This document shows, one piece after another, positions 30,089 to 38,824 of a DNA stretch of 64,000 bases (positions within the stretch are counted from its first letter, which is position 1; each line of letters begins with the position of its first letter). The position numbers and the translations under genes are program-made. The stretch is taken from NCBI GenBank assembly GCA_963765145.1, contig CAVXVG010000026.1:218769-282768 (forward strand), read 5' to 3'. The notes beneath the pieces were generated by a model. It was not told where the DNA came from. It did not search any database and saw only the letters and a list, made by a program, of their open reading frames with translations. This DNA comes from Parachlamydiales bacterium. Lineage in GTDB: Bacteria > Chlamydiota > Chlamydiia > Chlamydiales > JAJFMK01.

Positions 30089-31263
30089 TAAAAATCATCC
30101 TCCGCTTCTTCTTCCTGTTTAGCAATCATATCGTCTAATTCATCTTCCAACGACTCTAAAGCCCCAATTAGAGCCTTACTCACCTGCTCACGGTGCTCTA
30201 GTGAGCGGTAGATCAAATTGAAGGCGACTTCCCTGACAGCATCTCTCTCCTGTGAGAAGGTGTAAATTTTGGCAATAATGGATTTGTCAATGCCTAGTTT
30301 GGCAGCACTTTGCAGGATTTTTTCTGGACTTGGGTATCTATCATCGACCAATCCCATAAATTGTTTTGCAAGGGCTTCAAAAGTCAGCTCTGGGGGCATT
30401 GGCATCTTTTCTTTTTCTAGGAGCTTTTTTAAAAGAGGCATTCTTCCTTTAAAGAAGTTAAAAAGCCCTAAAATAGCTTGAAGGCCACGAACTTCCTTCA
30501 GTAAGTTGTGTAAAAGGCCTCTAGGGATCGAGGGACCTTTCGACTTTAAATCACTACCGACAGAATGGAGCAAATAGCGGATGACTTCGCGCAATTTTTT
30601 ATAGGCATACTTATTAGCCAGTTCTTCAAATAAAGTGGTTGTTTCTCTTGGGGTTCCGGTGATGTTTCTATAAAGATCTCTTAAAGAGGCAGGGGTGTCG
30701 AGCCCCTCGCGGGAGGCTTCTAAAGCTGCTTCCTGTACATTGCGTCCTGCAGCAATTTCTCGGCCAAAGTACTGATTAAGCGCCCTTTTTGCCTCTAACA
30801 ACTGCTCTTTCATGTCGGCATTGCAGGTGGCAAGGAGAAATTCGAGAGCTTCATCCATTAAACTGACATCTTCAAAGAACCGTTTAATGGTCTCGAGTAT
30901 TTTCTCTGGGGAATCGCCCTTTTTAATCATATCGCGTAGGGCAAGGAGAGCTTTGGGGTCTAGTTCCGGGTTTCTTTCCTTAAACTCGTCGGCCATTTGT
31001 TCGATCTCTTTGATCGGCAAGTTCATCCCTTTTTCGCGCATCTGTTCAGCTTTAACAGTGGCTTGTGTGCGGGATTTGATGTCAGCTTGACGGCCGGGAC
31101 GCAAAGAGGCTGTTGGGCTTAAATTTTCTGCTAAAGTTGCTTCAGATTCTGTTTGAGCAAGTTTTTGCGCTGCTTCTTCCTCTTTTGTGGTCGCAGTAGC
31201 CTGCATAATCCTCTGCATGGAGGAAGAGATATTAGGGACGTCCATATCTCTATGGTAACACAA
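30088..31263 (-). CDS. copN: T3SS gatekeeper CopN (SctW / YopN-TyeA family)
   Basis: 391 aa, helical and acidic. It lies between cdsV and the CesT-type chaperone exactly as in Chlamydia (CT089). This call rests mainly on size, composition and synteny. The start could be the internal MDVPNISS. Confidence 0.7.
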   Translation of the reverse strand: MCYHRDMDVPNISSSMQRIMQATATTKEEEAAQKLAQTESEATLAENLSPTASLRPGRQADIKSRTQATVKAEQMREKGMNLPIKEIEQMADEFKERNPELDPKALLALRDMIKKGDSPEKILETIKRFFEDVSLMDEALEFLLATCNADMKEQLLEAKRALNQYFGREIAAGRNVQEAALEASREGLDTPASLRDLYRNITGTPRETTTLFEELANKYAYKKLREVIRYLLHSVGSDLKSKGPSIPRGLLHNLLKEVRGLQAILGLFNFFKGRMPLLKKLLEKEKMPMPPELTFEALAKQFMGLVDDRYPSPEKILQSAAKLGIDKSIIAKIYTFSQERDAVREVAFNLIYRSLEHREQVSKALIGALESLEDELDDMIAKQEEEAEDDF

Positions 31264-31291
31264 TAATTATTTTAATTTAGCGGGTGAAAAA

Positions 31292-31505
31292 AACCACAGA
31301 GTCACAGAGATCACAGAGGAAATTTGAGAGCAATGAGAACGTCTCACTGCGCAAAAGAAGTAAGAGTTGCTCTTTAGAGTCTTCCGAGTCTTTGTTTTAA
31401 ACTTTTATAAAGATTAAAAACATAAAGGAAAAAGTTTAAGCTACCTATGCTAACTTTGTCTCAATGCTCTCAAATTTCCTCTGTGATCTCTGTGACTCTG
31501 TGGTT
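31292..31505. mobile_element. R4 MITE-like element, copy A (about 45-bp TIR with three CACAGAG heptads per arm)
   Basis: AACCACAGAGTCACAGAGATCACAGAGGAAATTTGAGAGCAATGAG ... CTCAATGCTCTCAAATTTCCTCTGTGATCTCTGTGACTCTGTGGTT. It lies between cdsV and copN. Confidence 0.8.
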
Positions 31506-31524
31506 TTATTTGCCAGTCATGAGG

Positions 31525-33678
31525 TTAGCTGATTTGTATACGCCCTAATGGCTGGATCTTGATTTCGGGGATGATTTCTTGGTAAGAAACCACCGAAATG
31601 TCTGTAAATTCCATTTCTATCAATTTTCTCACGAAACGGCGAACGTCAATAGCGGTCAGAATAACAGGAGGTTGTCCTCCGGGTGGAGGAGGGGTAACCG
31701 TACCACGCACTGCTTGCAGGATAAGCTGCACAGAGTCAGGGTCTAAGGCTAAGTAAGAACCTGCAGAGGTCTGTTTGATAGCGCCCCGAACCATATCCTC
31801 GATTTCCGGATCTAAAATATAAACAGATAGGACCGATTGTCCTTGAGAATATTTATAACTGACATAACGCTTTAAAGAAGAACGGACATATTCGGTTAAT
31901 AAAACGGTGTCTTTTTCTGTTTGAGCCCATTCAGCCAAAGACTCTAAGATTGTCCTTAAATCTTTTACAGAGACCTGCTCTTGTATGAGACGTTTAAAGA
32001 TATCTGTCATTTTTTGAAGGGGAATCAGGCGAGTGACCTCTTTGATCAAATCTGGATACGATTTTTCCATGAATTCGACCATAGACTTAACTTCTTGGAT
32101 GCCAACGAATTCATTGGCATAGTGCCGGAAGAAGTAAGAAAGGTGAAGAATCATCACTTCCAAAGGGTTCCAAAAACGGATTCCTGCCTTCTTCATCAAT
32201 TCTTGGTACTTATCTTCTACCCATAAAGAGGGGAGGCCAAGGGCGTTTTTATAGCTTGTATAGGGGAGGTTATACCTTTTGAGATTGTCTTCTGATTCAT
32301 TGGTTAATAGATGCCCTTTTAATACTTTTCCCCGAACAATGGGCACTTCATTTAAGTGAATCGAATATTCGTCGTCTTCTAATGAAGGGGAGTCGGTTCG
32401 GACGTGTACCCCTGGAAAGCGGACCCCTAAATCAGAATAAAGGGCCTGTCTCATTTTCGGGATCATCTGATCGATGAAGCTAGATCCACGATTGGCCGCT
32501 TGTATCTCCTTTGTCAGCCAACCGCCCGTCTCAAGGATCACCGGGAGAGTGAGCGCATAACTGTCGACTCCGCCACCCGAAATAACCTTGTGTCCTTTAA
32601 TCGGCGTATCTACCGTGGCAGATTCCATGGTAGCGCCACTGCCTGACGTAGAGAAGGTTTTTCGCTGTTGATTCGACCAAAGGGAATAGCCTAAAAGACC
32701 TAAAGCTGACGCTAAAATCATGAAAGGTGCGGGAGGGAACCCTGGAATGGCCGCCATGATCAATAGAATGCCGGATGAAACCATCAACGCTTTAGGTTGA
32801 TTCAAGATCTGACCCGAAATCTCACGACCCAGGTTCATATCTGCTTTCTCTGAAGAAACCCGTGTAGTCACAATACCGGCTGTAATCGAAATCAAAAGAG
32901 CTGGGATTTGAGAAACAAGACCGTCACCGATAGATAAGAGGGAATAGACTTGTGCCGCCTGCATAGCCGACATGCCGTTCATTGAAACCCCAATGATCAA
33001 GCCCCCGATAACGTTAATTAAAGTGATGACAATCCCTGCGATCGCATCCCCTTTAACGAACTTCATCGCACCGTCCATGGCACCGTAAAGTTGGCTCTCC
33101 TTTTGGATCAAAAGACGTCGTTCACGCGCCTGGTTGGCATCCATGATACCGGCTCTCATGTCGGCATCGATACTCATCTGCTTACCTGGCATCGCGTCAA
33201 GGGTAAAACGGGCGGCCACCTCAGCGACACGCTCGGCACCCTTTGTGATCACGATGAACTGAACCAAAGTGATGATTAAGAAAATCACACCCCCGACAAC
33301 AAAGTTCCCCCCAACGACGAAGTTACCGAAAGAAAAAATGATCTCTCCGGCATTTGCGTGCAGAAGAATCTGGCGAGTTGAGGCGATGTTTAGCCCCAAA
33401 CGGTAAAGAGTTGTAATGAGCAGCAGCGACGGAAAGATAGAGAGCTGCAGGGCACTGTTGATGTAAACGGCCACCATCAGAAGGGCCATTGAAATGGTTA
33501 AGTTGATGGCGATCAAAAAGTCGATCACATGAGGGTTTAGAGGAACAATGATCATTGCAAGAATGGCAATGATGATCAGAATCAAAACGATATCTGAACT
33601 TTTTCCAATTCTTTCGTACGATGCATCGCCGCCCAGCCGCGCAGTGATTCCGTTTAGGACGTCTTTTAGTAAACTCAT
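31525..33678 (-). CDS. cdsV: T3SS export-gate protein CdsV (SctV; LcrD/FlhA family)
   Basis: 717 aa with an N-terminal polytopic region containing FPSLLLITTLYRLGLNIASTRQILL and GDGLVSQIPALLISITAGIVTTR, then a large cytoplasmic domain. Confidence 0.95.
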   Translation of the reverse strand: MSLLKDVLNGITARLGGDASYERIGKSSDIVLILIIIAILAMIIVPLNPHVIDFLIAINLTISMALLMVAVYINSALQLSIFPSLLLITTLYRLGLNIASTRQILLHANAGEIIFSFGNFVVGGNFVVGGVIFLIITLVQFIVITKGAERVAEVAARFTLDAMPGKQMSIDADMRAGIMDANQARERRLLIQKESQLYGAMDGAMKFVKGDAIAGIVITLINVIGGLIIGVSMNGMSAMQAAQVYSLLSIGDGLVSQIPALLISITAGIVTTRVSSEKADMNLGREISGQILNQPKALMVSSGILLIMAAIPGFPPAPFMILASALGLLGYSLWSNQQRKTFSTSGSGATMESATVDTPIKGHKVISGGGVDSYALTLPVILETGGWLTKEIQAANRGSSFIDQMIPKMRQALYSDLGVRFPGVHVRTDSPSLEDDEYSIHLNEVPIVRGKVLKGHLLTNESEDNLKRYNLPYTSYKNALGLPSLWVEDKYQELMKKAGIRFWNPLEVMILHLSYFFRHYANEFVGIQEVKSMVEFMEKSYPDLIKEVTRLIPLQKMTDIFKRLIQEQVSVKDLRTILESLAEWAQTEKDTVLLTEYVRSSLKRYVSYKYSQGQSVLSVYILDPEIEDMVRGAIKQTSAGSYLALDPDSVQLILQAVRGTVTPPPPGGQPPVILTAIDVRRFVRKLIEMEFTDISVVSYQEIIPEIKIQPLGRIQIS

Positions 33679-33690
33679 TCTAATACCATT

Positions 33691-33837
33691 CGTAACAAAT
33701 AACCTATTATTTGAGCTGCGTCAAGGCTCTTGGGATTCAAAGATCTTAGTCTGGGGAGTATTAGAAATACAACCCAAGGCAACGATCTCTGAATCGCGGC
33801 ACCTTCACGCGCTCCAAATAACAGGTTATTTGTTACG
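33691..33837. repeat. R5 palindromic element (CGTAACAAATAACCT... arms)
   Basis: CGTAACAAATAACCTATTATTTGAGC at 33691 pairs with GCTCCAAATAACAGGTTATTTGTTACG ending at 33837. It fills the cdsU-cdsV intergenic gap. A 12-nt remnant (TTATTTGTTACG) occurs near 40887-40898. Confidence 0.65.
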
Positions 33838-33856
33838 AAAAAAATTTTAATGCGAA

Positions 33857-34930
33857 TTATTCTGCGGGCTCTGAAGCCGAGACATATTGCTCGTTAAGCG
33901 AACGGACCCATCGGATCACTTCGGCAATGGCTTCATAGGTATCTTCGGGGACATATTGATAAATTTCCCCTCTTTCCCACAGATCTCTTGCCAGGCCAAC
34001 ATTACGCATTACAGGAACATTATACTCTTCTGCTAGCCTTATCACTTGTTCGGCCATTTTGTCTTTCCCCATGTATAAAACATAAGGTGCGGCATCGACT
34101 TCTTGGTCGTAGGCAAGAACGATTGCCAAGTGAGTCGGGTTAGTTACAACGGCTTGCGCTTTTTTCACAGCACCTGCCGGACCTTCTTGATAAGCGATTT
34201 CCTGAGCAATCTGTTTACGCTTACTTTTGATTTGTGGGTCGCCTTCTGTGTTTTTATACTCTTGTTTAACCTCAAATTTTTCCATCTTCATCTGTTTTTG
34301 GAAGTCTTGGATTTGGTAGATGAAGTCCATGACTGCCACAACAATGAACAAGAACCAAAGTTTGGCAACGGCTTCAATCAAAAAGTGGTTAAAAACAATG
34401 AGCGAGCTTGTGATGGGCATTTTGACCGTGGTGATCAAGACCGGCAAGCTTTTGTAGATGATGTCGTAGACGATGTAGGTCGCAATCCCAATTTTTGCCA
34501 TTGACTTGATCAATTCGATCAAAGTTTTTAGTTTAAATTTTTGCTTCAAGTTTTCGACAGGGTTGAACTTTTTGAGGTCTAACTTAAAGACTTCGAAGGT
34601 AAAGACAGGTCCCGTGATGAGGAAGGTGACAATGACACCTACAAAAGTGGTAAAAGCAGCTATGGGTATGGATGCCAGAAAAATGATGTAGATCGATTGT
34701 TTAAAGCCTATAGCAACAGTGGTGTCTAGCTCCCCGTTATTGATGGCGCCAAAGAGCCCCTGCAGAAAGTCTCCCATCTGGTGATACAGAACGTTGACCA
34801 AAACAATGGTTGCACCAAAGGAGGCTAAAAAAGTCCAGGCAGACGGAAGGTCTTGAGCCTTAGCAACTTGCCCTTTTTTTCGGGCATCCTGAAGCTTTTT
34901 TGGCGTCGCCTTTTCTGTTTTCTCGCCCAT
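33857..34930 (-). CDS. cdsU: T3SS autoprotease/substrate-switch protein CdsU (SctU; YscU/FlhB family)
   Basis: 357 aa starting MGEKTEKATPKKLQDARKKGQV, with four TM segments and the NPTH autocleavage motif (VVTNPTHLAIVLAY). Confidence 0.95.
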   Translation of the reverse strand: MGEKTEKATPKKLQDARKKGQVAKAQDLPSAWTFLASFGATIVLVNVLYHQMGDFLQGLFGAINNGELDTTVAIGFKQSIYIIFLASIPIAAFTTFVGVIVTFLITGPVFTFEVFKLDLKKFNPVENLKQKFKLKTLIELIKSMAKIGIATYIVYDIIYKSLPVLITTVKMPITSSLIVFNHFLIEAVAKLWFLFIVVAVMDFIYQIQDFQKQMKMEKFEVKQEYKNTEGDPQIKSKRKQIAQEIAYQEGPAGAVKKAQAVVTNPTHLAIVLAYDQEVDAAPYVLYMGKDKMAEQVIRLAEEYNVPVMRNVGLARDLWERGEIYQYVPEDTYEAIAEVIRWVRSLNEQYVSASEPAE

Positions 34931-35025
34931 ATCTCTCTCCTACTACCCCATTATCATGATAGCAACCTAAACAAGAAATAATAAAAACAAACCATTAAAG
35001 ATTTATGAACAGATTATACAATTTT

Positions 35026-35212
35026 ACCACAGAGGCACAGAGAGCACAGAGAAATATGAGAAAAGTGAGGAAGCTCGAGCTGCAGACTTTTTCTCTCTAT
35101 TTCCACGTCTTTAAGATGGAAAATTCAACAAAATTTCTTTAGAGCATTCATTGCCAGCCTAAATATTCTCATTTTTCTCATATTTTCTCTGTGTTCTCTG
35201 TGCCTCTGTGGT
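35026..35212. mobile_element. R4 MITE-like element, copy B
   Basis: ACCACAGAGGCACAGAGAGCACAGAGAAATATGAGAAAAGTGAG ... CTCATTTTTCTCATATTTTCTCTGTGTTCTCTGTGCCTCTGTGGT. It sits in the divergent cdsU/ychF promoter region. Confidence 0.8.
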
Positions 35213-35245
35213 GAATTATGGTCAATTAAGTTACACTTTCGGCCT

Positions 35246-36340
35246 ATGTCTGGACTATCTTGTGGAATTGTCGGTTTACCAAATGTGGGAAAATCGACCC
35301 TTTTTAATGCTTTAACATCAGGCGCTGCAGAAGCGGCCAACTTTCCCTTCTGTACCATAGAGCCTAATAAAGGGACCGTGCAGGTTCCGGATGCGCGCTT
35401 AGCCATCTTGAGTGGCTTGTCTGGAAGCGCAGCTTTAGTGCCTGCCTATTTAGAATTTGTCGATATCGCCGGTCTTGTAGAGGGTGCCTCTCAAGGAGAG
35501 GGGTTGGGCAACCAGTTTTTGACCCACATTGCCAATACTGACGCGATTATCCACATGGTCCGCTGCTTTGAAGATGAAAATGTTGTACACGTGACCGGGA
35601 CTGTCGACCCGATTAGAGACATTGAGATCATCAAAACTGAGTTGATCCTATCAGATTTGCAAACCGTCGAAAACAGCATCGGACGAGTAGAAAAACAGGT
35701 TAAAACGCGTAAAGAGTTGGTGCCGGTGCTTGAATTGCTCCAGACCATCAAAACTACGCTAGAAAATAACCTGCCGGTTAGCAGCCTCCACTTTAAGCCG
35801 GAACAAGAAGAACTTCTTCGCCCCTATCCTTTGCTAACAAAGAAAAAGGTGCTGTATGTGGCCAATGTCAGTGAAAATGACTTGCCTCATATGACAAACG
35901 CTTTAGTTGAAAAGGTTAAAGAATATGCGGCTAAAGAGGGAAATAGCGTCATCCCGATCTGCGCCAAAATCGAAGAGGAAATTGCCCAGCTTCCTAAAGA
36001 AGAGAGGGGAGAGTTTTTATCATCCCTTGGACTTGAAGAATCGGGGCTTGATCGGCTTGTCAAAGCTGCGTTTGCGATGCTGGGTTTAATTACCTTCTTG
36101 ACCACAGGACAGATGGAAACTCGGGCTTGGACCATCAAGACGGGGACCACAGCACTATTTGCAGCGGGCAAGATCCACACCGATATCCAAAAAGGCTTTG
36201 TCAGGGCCGAAGTGATCGCCTACGACGATTTTGTCGGTCTTGGCGGGCGAAATGGGGCCAAAGAAAAAGGCAAACTCCGCTCCGAAGGAAAAGAGTATGT
36301 CGTTAAGGACGGGGATGTGATCCTCTTTTTGCACCACTGA
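35246..36340 (+). CDS. ychF: ribosome-binding ATPase YchF
   Basis: GIVGLPNVGKSTLFNALT, FVDIAGLVEGASQGEGLGNQFL and a C-terminal TGS domain (AGKIHTDIQKGFVRAEV). 364 aa. Confidence 0.95.
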   Translation: MSGLSCGIVGLPNVGKSTLFNALTSGAAEAANFPFCTIEPNKGTVQVPDARLAILSGLSGSAALVPAYLEFVDIAGLVEGASQGEGLGNQFLTHIANTDAIIHMVRCFEDENVVHVTGTVDPIRDIEIIKTELILSDLQTVENSIGRVEKQVKTRKELVPVLELLQTIKTTLENNLPVSSLHFKPEQEELLRPYPLLTKKKVLYVANVSENDLPHMTNALVEKVKEYAAKEGNSVIPICAKIEEEIAQLPKEERGEFLSSLGLEESGLDRLVKAAFAMLGLITFLTTGQMETRAWTIKTGTTALFAAGKIHTDIQKGFVRAEVIAYDDFVGLGGRNGAKEKGKLRSEGKEYVVKDGDVILFLHH

Positions 36341-37507
36341 TGGAACTTTTTATCACTACACAGGCCCACCTTGAAGAGGTCCTTGTCCAAGAATTAACTG
36401 CCTTAGGCTTCCCAAATGCTGAAATAGGCTTTAGGGGAGTTTATGTTGAAGTTAAGGACATCAAAGATATCTACAGGCTTAATTTGTCTCTTTCGACAGC
36501 TTCAAGAGTGCTTCTTCCGATTAGAAGATCTTCAGTAAGGGACGATAGAGACCTATATGAAATGGCTGCAGACATAGATTGGACCAAGTTTTTAACGCCA
36601 GAAGGCACCTTTTGGATCCATTCTAACGTGAACCATCCCCAGTTACGCCATTCAGTTTATGCAGCACAAGTGGTGAAAGATGCGATTTGCGACCAATTCC
36701 GCGAAGAGTTTGGCACGCGCCCTAATGTGAATAGAGAGACACCAGACCTGTCGCTGAACCTTTTTATTGATGAAAGAGTCGCTATTTTGAGCTTAGACAC
36801 ATCAGGCGAACCGCTTCATATGAGGGGATACCGTCAAGATGGGGGCGAATCGCCTGTCAGCGAAACTTTGGCAGCAGCAAGTTTAAGAATGGCAGGATAC
36901 ACCGGAAACGCAGATCCTTCTCGATCCAATGGCTGGTTCCGGTACATTTCTTGTCGAGGCAGCACTTATCGCCACAAAAACTCCTCCCGGCTGGTTAAGA
37001 CGCCGCTTTGGCTTTTTTGCCCATCCTGACTACAAAGAACTCGAATGGCTAGAGCTAAAAGCCAAAGTTTTAAAAGAAATCGTTCCTCTTGAGCCAAACA
37101 AGATTTTTGGCATCGAAAAAAGCGCTGCGCAAACGAAACTATGCAAAGAAAACTTAAAAGTTGCAGGTTTTGGTGACGTAATCGAAGTAACGCAAGCCGA
37201 CTTTCGCGATGTCGAGCCCGAAATCAAGCCCAACTTTGTGATTGCCAATCCACCTTATGGGGTTAGAATGGAGGAGGAGGCGAGCCTTGCCCCTCTTTAT
37301 CGCTCTTTAGGTGACTTTTTGAAGAAAAAGACAGCTCATCCGGCGACAGGAGCCGTATTAACCGGTAGCTTGCCTCTATCTAAAGAAATAGGCCTAAAAC
37401 CAAGACGACGGATACCTCTTACAACGGGTGGCCTCGAAGCCCGGCTTCTCCTCTTCGACCTATTCTCAGGCTTTAAAAACTCCTTAGAAGAAAACCCCAC
37501 ACTTTAG
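36340..37507 (+). pseudogene. THUMP-domain RNA (guanine/adenine-N) methyltransferase (RlmL/YpsC-like), one +1 frameshift
   Basis: ORF 36340-37029 carries the THUMP part and derails after LRMAGYTGNA. ORF 36929-37507 carries motif I (ILL)DPMAGSGTFLVEAA and motif IV ANPPYG. Removing one base around 36906-36913 joins them as GYTGNAILLDPMAGSGTF. Confidence 0.8.
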
Positions 37508-37581
37508 CATTTTTTCGCGAAGCGTTTGGAGTGCTAAACGGCCTTGTTGCATAATTGTTAATCAGCTTTTCGTTTTTCCTG

Positions 37582-38473
37582 CAGCCTTACAGGCTGCCAT
37601 CTTTATTTTCTGCCCTTAACCTGGGGCGTTGCCCGCAGGCTGTTGCAACTATCCGGCTTTCAGCCGGAAAATCTCTATACACATTTTCATTGGCCTGAAA
37701 GGCCAAAACTGCAACAGCTCAGGGCAACGCCCTGAGGTTATAAGATAAAATAATATTGGCAGCCTTACAGGCTTGCCATCTTTATTTTCTGCCTTTAACC
37801 TGGGGCGTTGCCCGCAGGCTGTTGCAACTATCCGGCTTTCAGCCGGAAAATCTCTATACACATTTTCATTGGCCTGAAAGGCCAAAACTGCAACAGCTCA
37901 GGGCAACGCCCTGAGGTTACAAGATAAAATAATATTGGCAGCCTTACAGGCTTGCCATCTTTATTTTCTGCCCTTAACCTGGGGCGTTGCCCGCAGGCTG
38001 TTGCAACTATCCGGCTTTCAGCCGGAAAATCTCTATACACATTTTCATTGGCCTGAAAGGTCAAAACTGCAACAGCTCAGGGCAACGCCCTGAGGTTACA
38101 AGATAAAATAATATTGGCAGCCTTACAGGCTGCCATCTTTATTTTCTGCCCTTAACCTGGGGCGTTGCCCGCAGGCTGTTGCAACTATCCGGCTTTCAGC
38201 CGGAAAATCTCTATACACATTTTCATTGGCCTGAAAGGCCAAAACTGCAACAGCTCAGGGCAACGCCCTGAGGTTACAAGATAAAATAATATTGGCAGCC
38301 TTACAGGCTGCCATCTTTATTTTCTGCCCTTAACCTGGGGCGTTGCCCGCAGGCTGTTGCAACTATCCGGCTTTCAGCCGGAAAATCTCTATACACATTT
38401 TCATTGGCCTGAAAGGCCAAAACTGCAACAGCTCAGGGCAACGCCCTGAGGTTACAGGATAAAATAATATTGG
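37582..38473. repeat. tandem array of 5 units of 178/179 bp, each unit a long imperfect palindrome
   Basis: Units start (CAGCCTTACAGGCT...) at 37582, 37760, 37939, 38118 and 38296, with a truncated sixth start at 38474. Copies differ by only a few substitutions or 1-nt indels. Confidence 0.95.
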
Positions 38474-38628
38474 CAGCCTGTAAGGCTGCCGGAAACTCGA
38501 AAGATCTCGAAGCCATTATGCAACAAGGCCGTGCTTTCACTTTCACTGATAAGTCAAAGGCTAAACGAGCTCGGGAGCACTCCTCTAGTAACTCAGCATT
38601 AATCCAAGAAATTATACTCTTCTTTGTA

Positions 38629-38740
38629 CCTCTGTGTTCTCTGTGCCTCTGTGTTGAAAATGGTGAACTTTCACCTATAAATCTGCTTTGGCAAAAAGCT
38701 AGCTAAATTTTCAACACAGAGGCACAGAGAACACAGAGAG
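38629..38740. repeat. R4-related element, copy C (inside-out arrangement of the CACAGAG arms)
   Basis: CCTCTGTGTTCTCTGTGCCTCTGTGTTGAAAAT ... ATTTTCAACACAGAGGCACAGAGAACACAGAG. The heptad arms face the opposite way compared with copies A and B. Confidence 0.7.
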
Positions 38741-38824
38741 AAAAAGTACTTCGCATGTTACTTCTTGATCCGAGAGACGGCAGTCTATTCCTTGCTCCAA
38801 ACGCTTCGCGAACTATAAAGCTCT

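Larger units (their letters stand above)
37516..38810. repeat. disrupted R1 element carrying nested insertions (repeat nest)
   Basis: The R1 left end CGCGAAGCGTTTGGAGTGCTAAAC is at 37516-37539. The R1 centre GCTTTCACTTTCACTGATAAGTCAAAGGCTAAAC is at 38533-38566. The R1 right end CTCCAAACGCTTCGCG is at 38795-38810. Between them lie the tandem array (bracketed by the 17-bp inverted repeat ACGGCCTTGTTGCATAA at 37538-37554 and TTATGCAACAAGGCCGT at 38516-38532) and an R4-type element at 38629-38740. Confidence 0.75.

Noticed and set aside
33548-33850. ORFs spanning repeats: 33548-33850 (+), 35125-35406 (-), 63219-63515 (-) and 11020-11343 (+)
   Set aside because: Each runs through an R5, R4 or R2 element and into the antisense of a well-supported gene (cdsV, ychF, potB, fba).
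37649-38064. Two 78-aa minus-strand ORFs (37649-37885 and 37828-38064) with near-identical sequences
   Set aside because: They are periodic read-throughs of the tandem repeat, with the same peptide shifted by one unit. They overlap each other and have no plausible ribosome-binding context.
37582-38473. CRISPR array interpretation of the 178/179-bp periodic repeat
   Set aside because: There are no unique spacers, because the whole 178/179-bp unit is repeated nearly identically. The unit is far longer than CRISPR repeats, and no cas genes are in the window.
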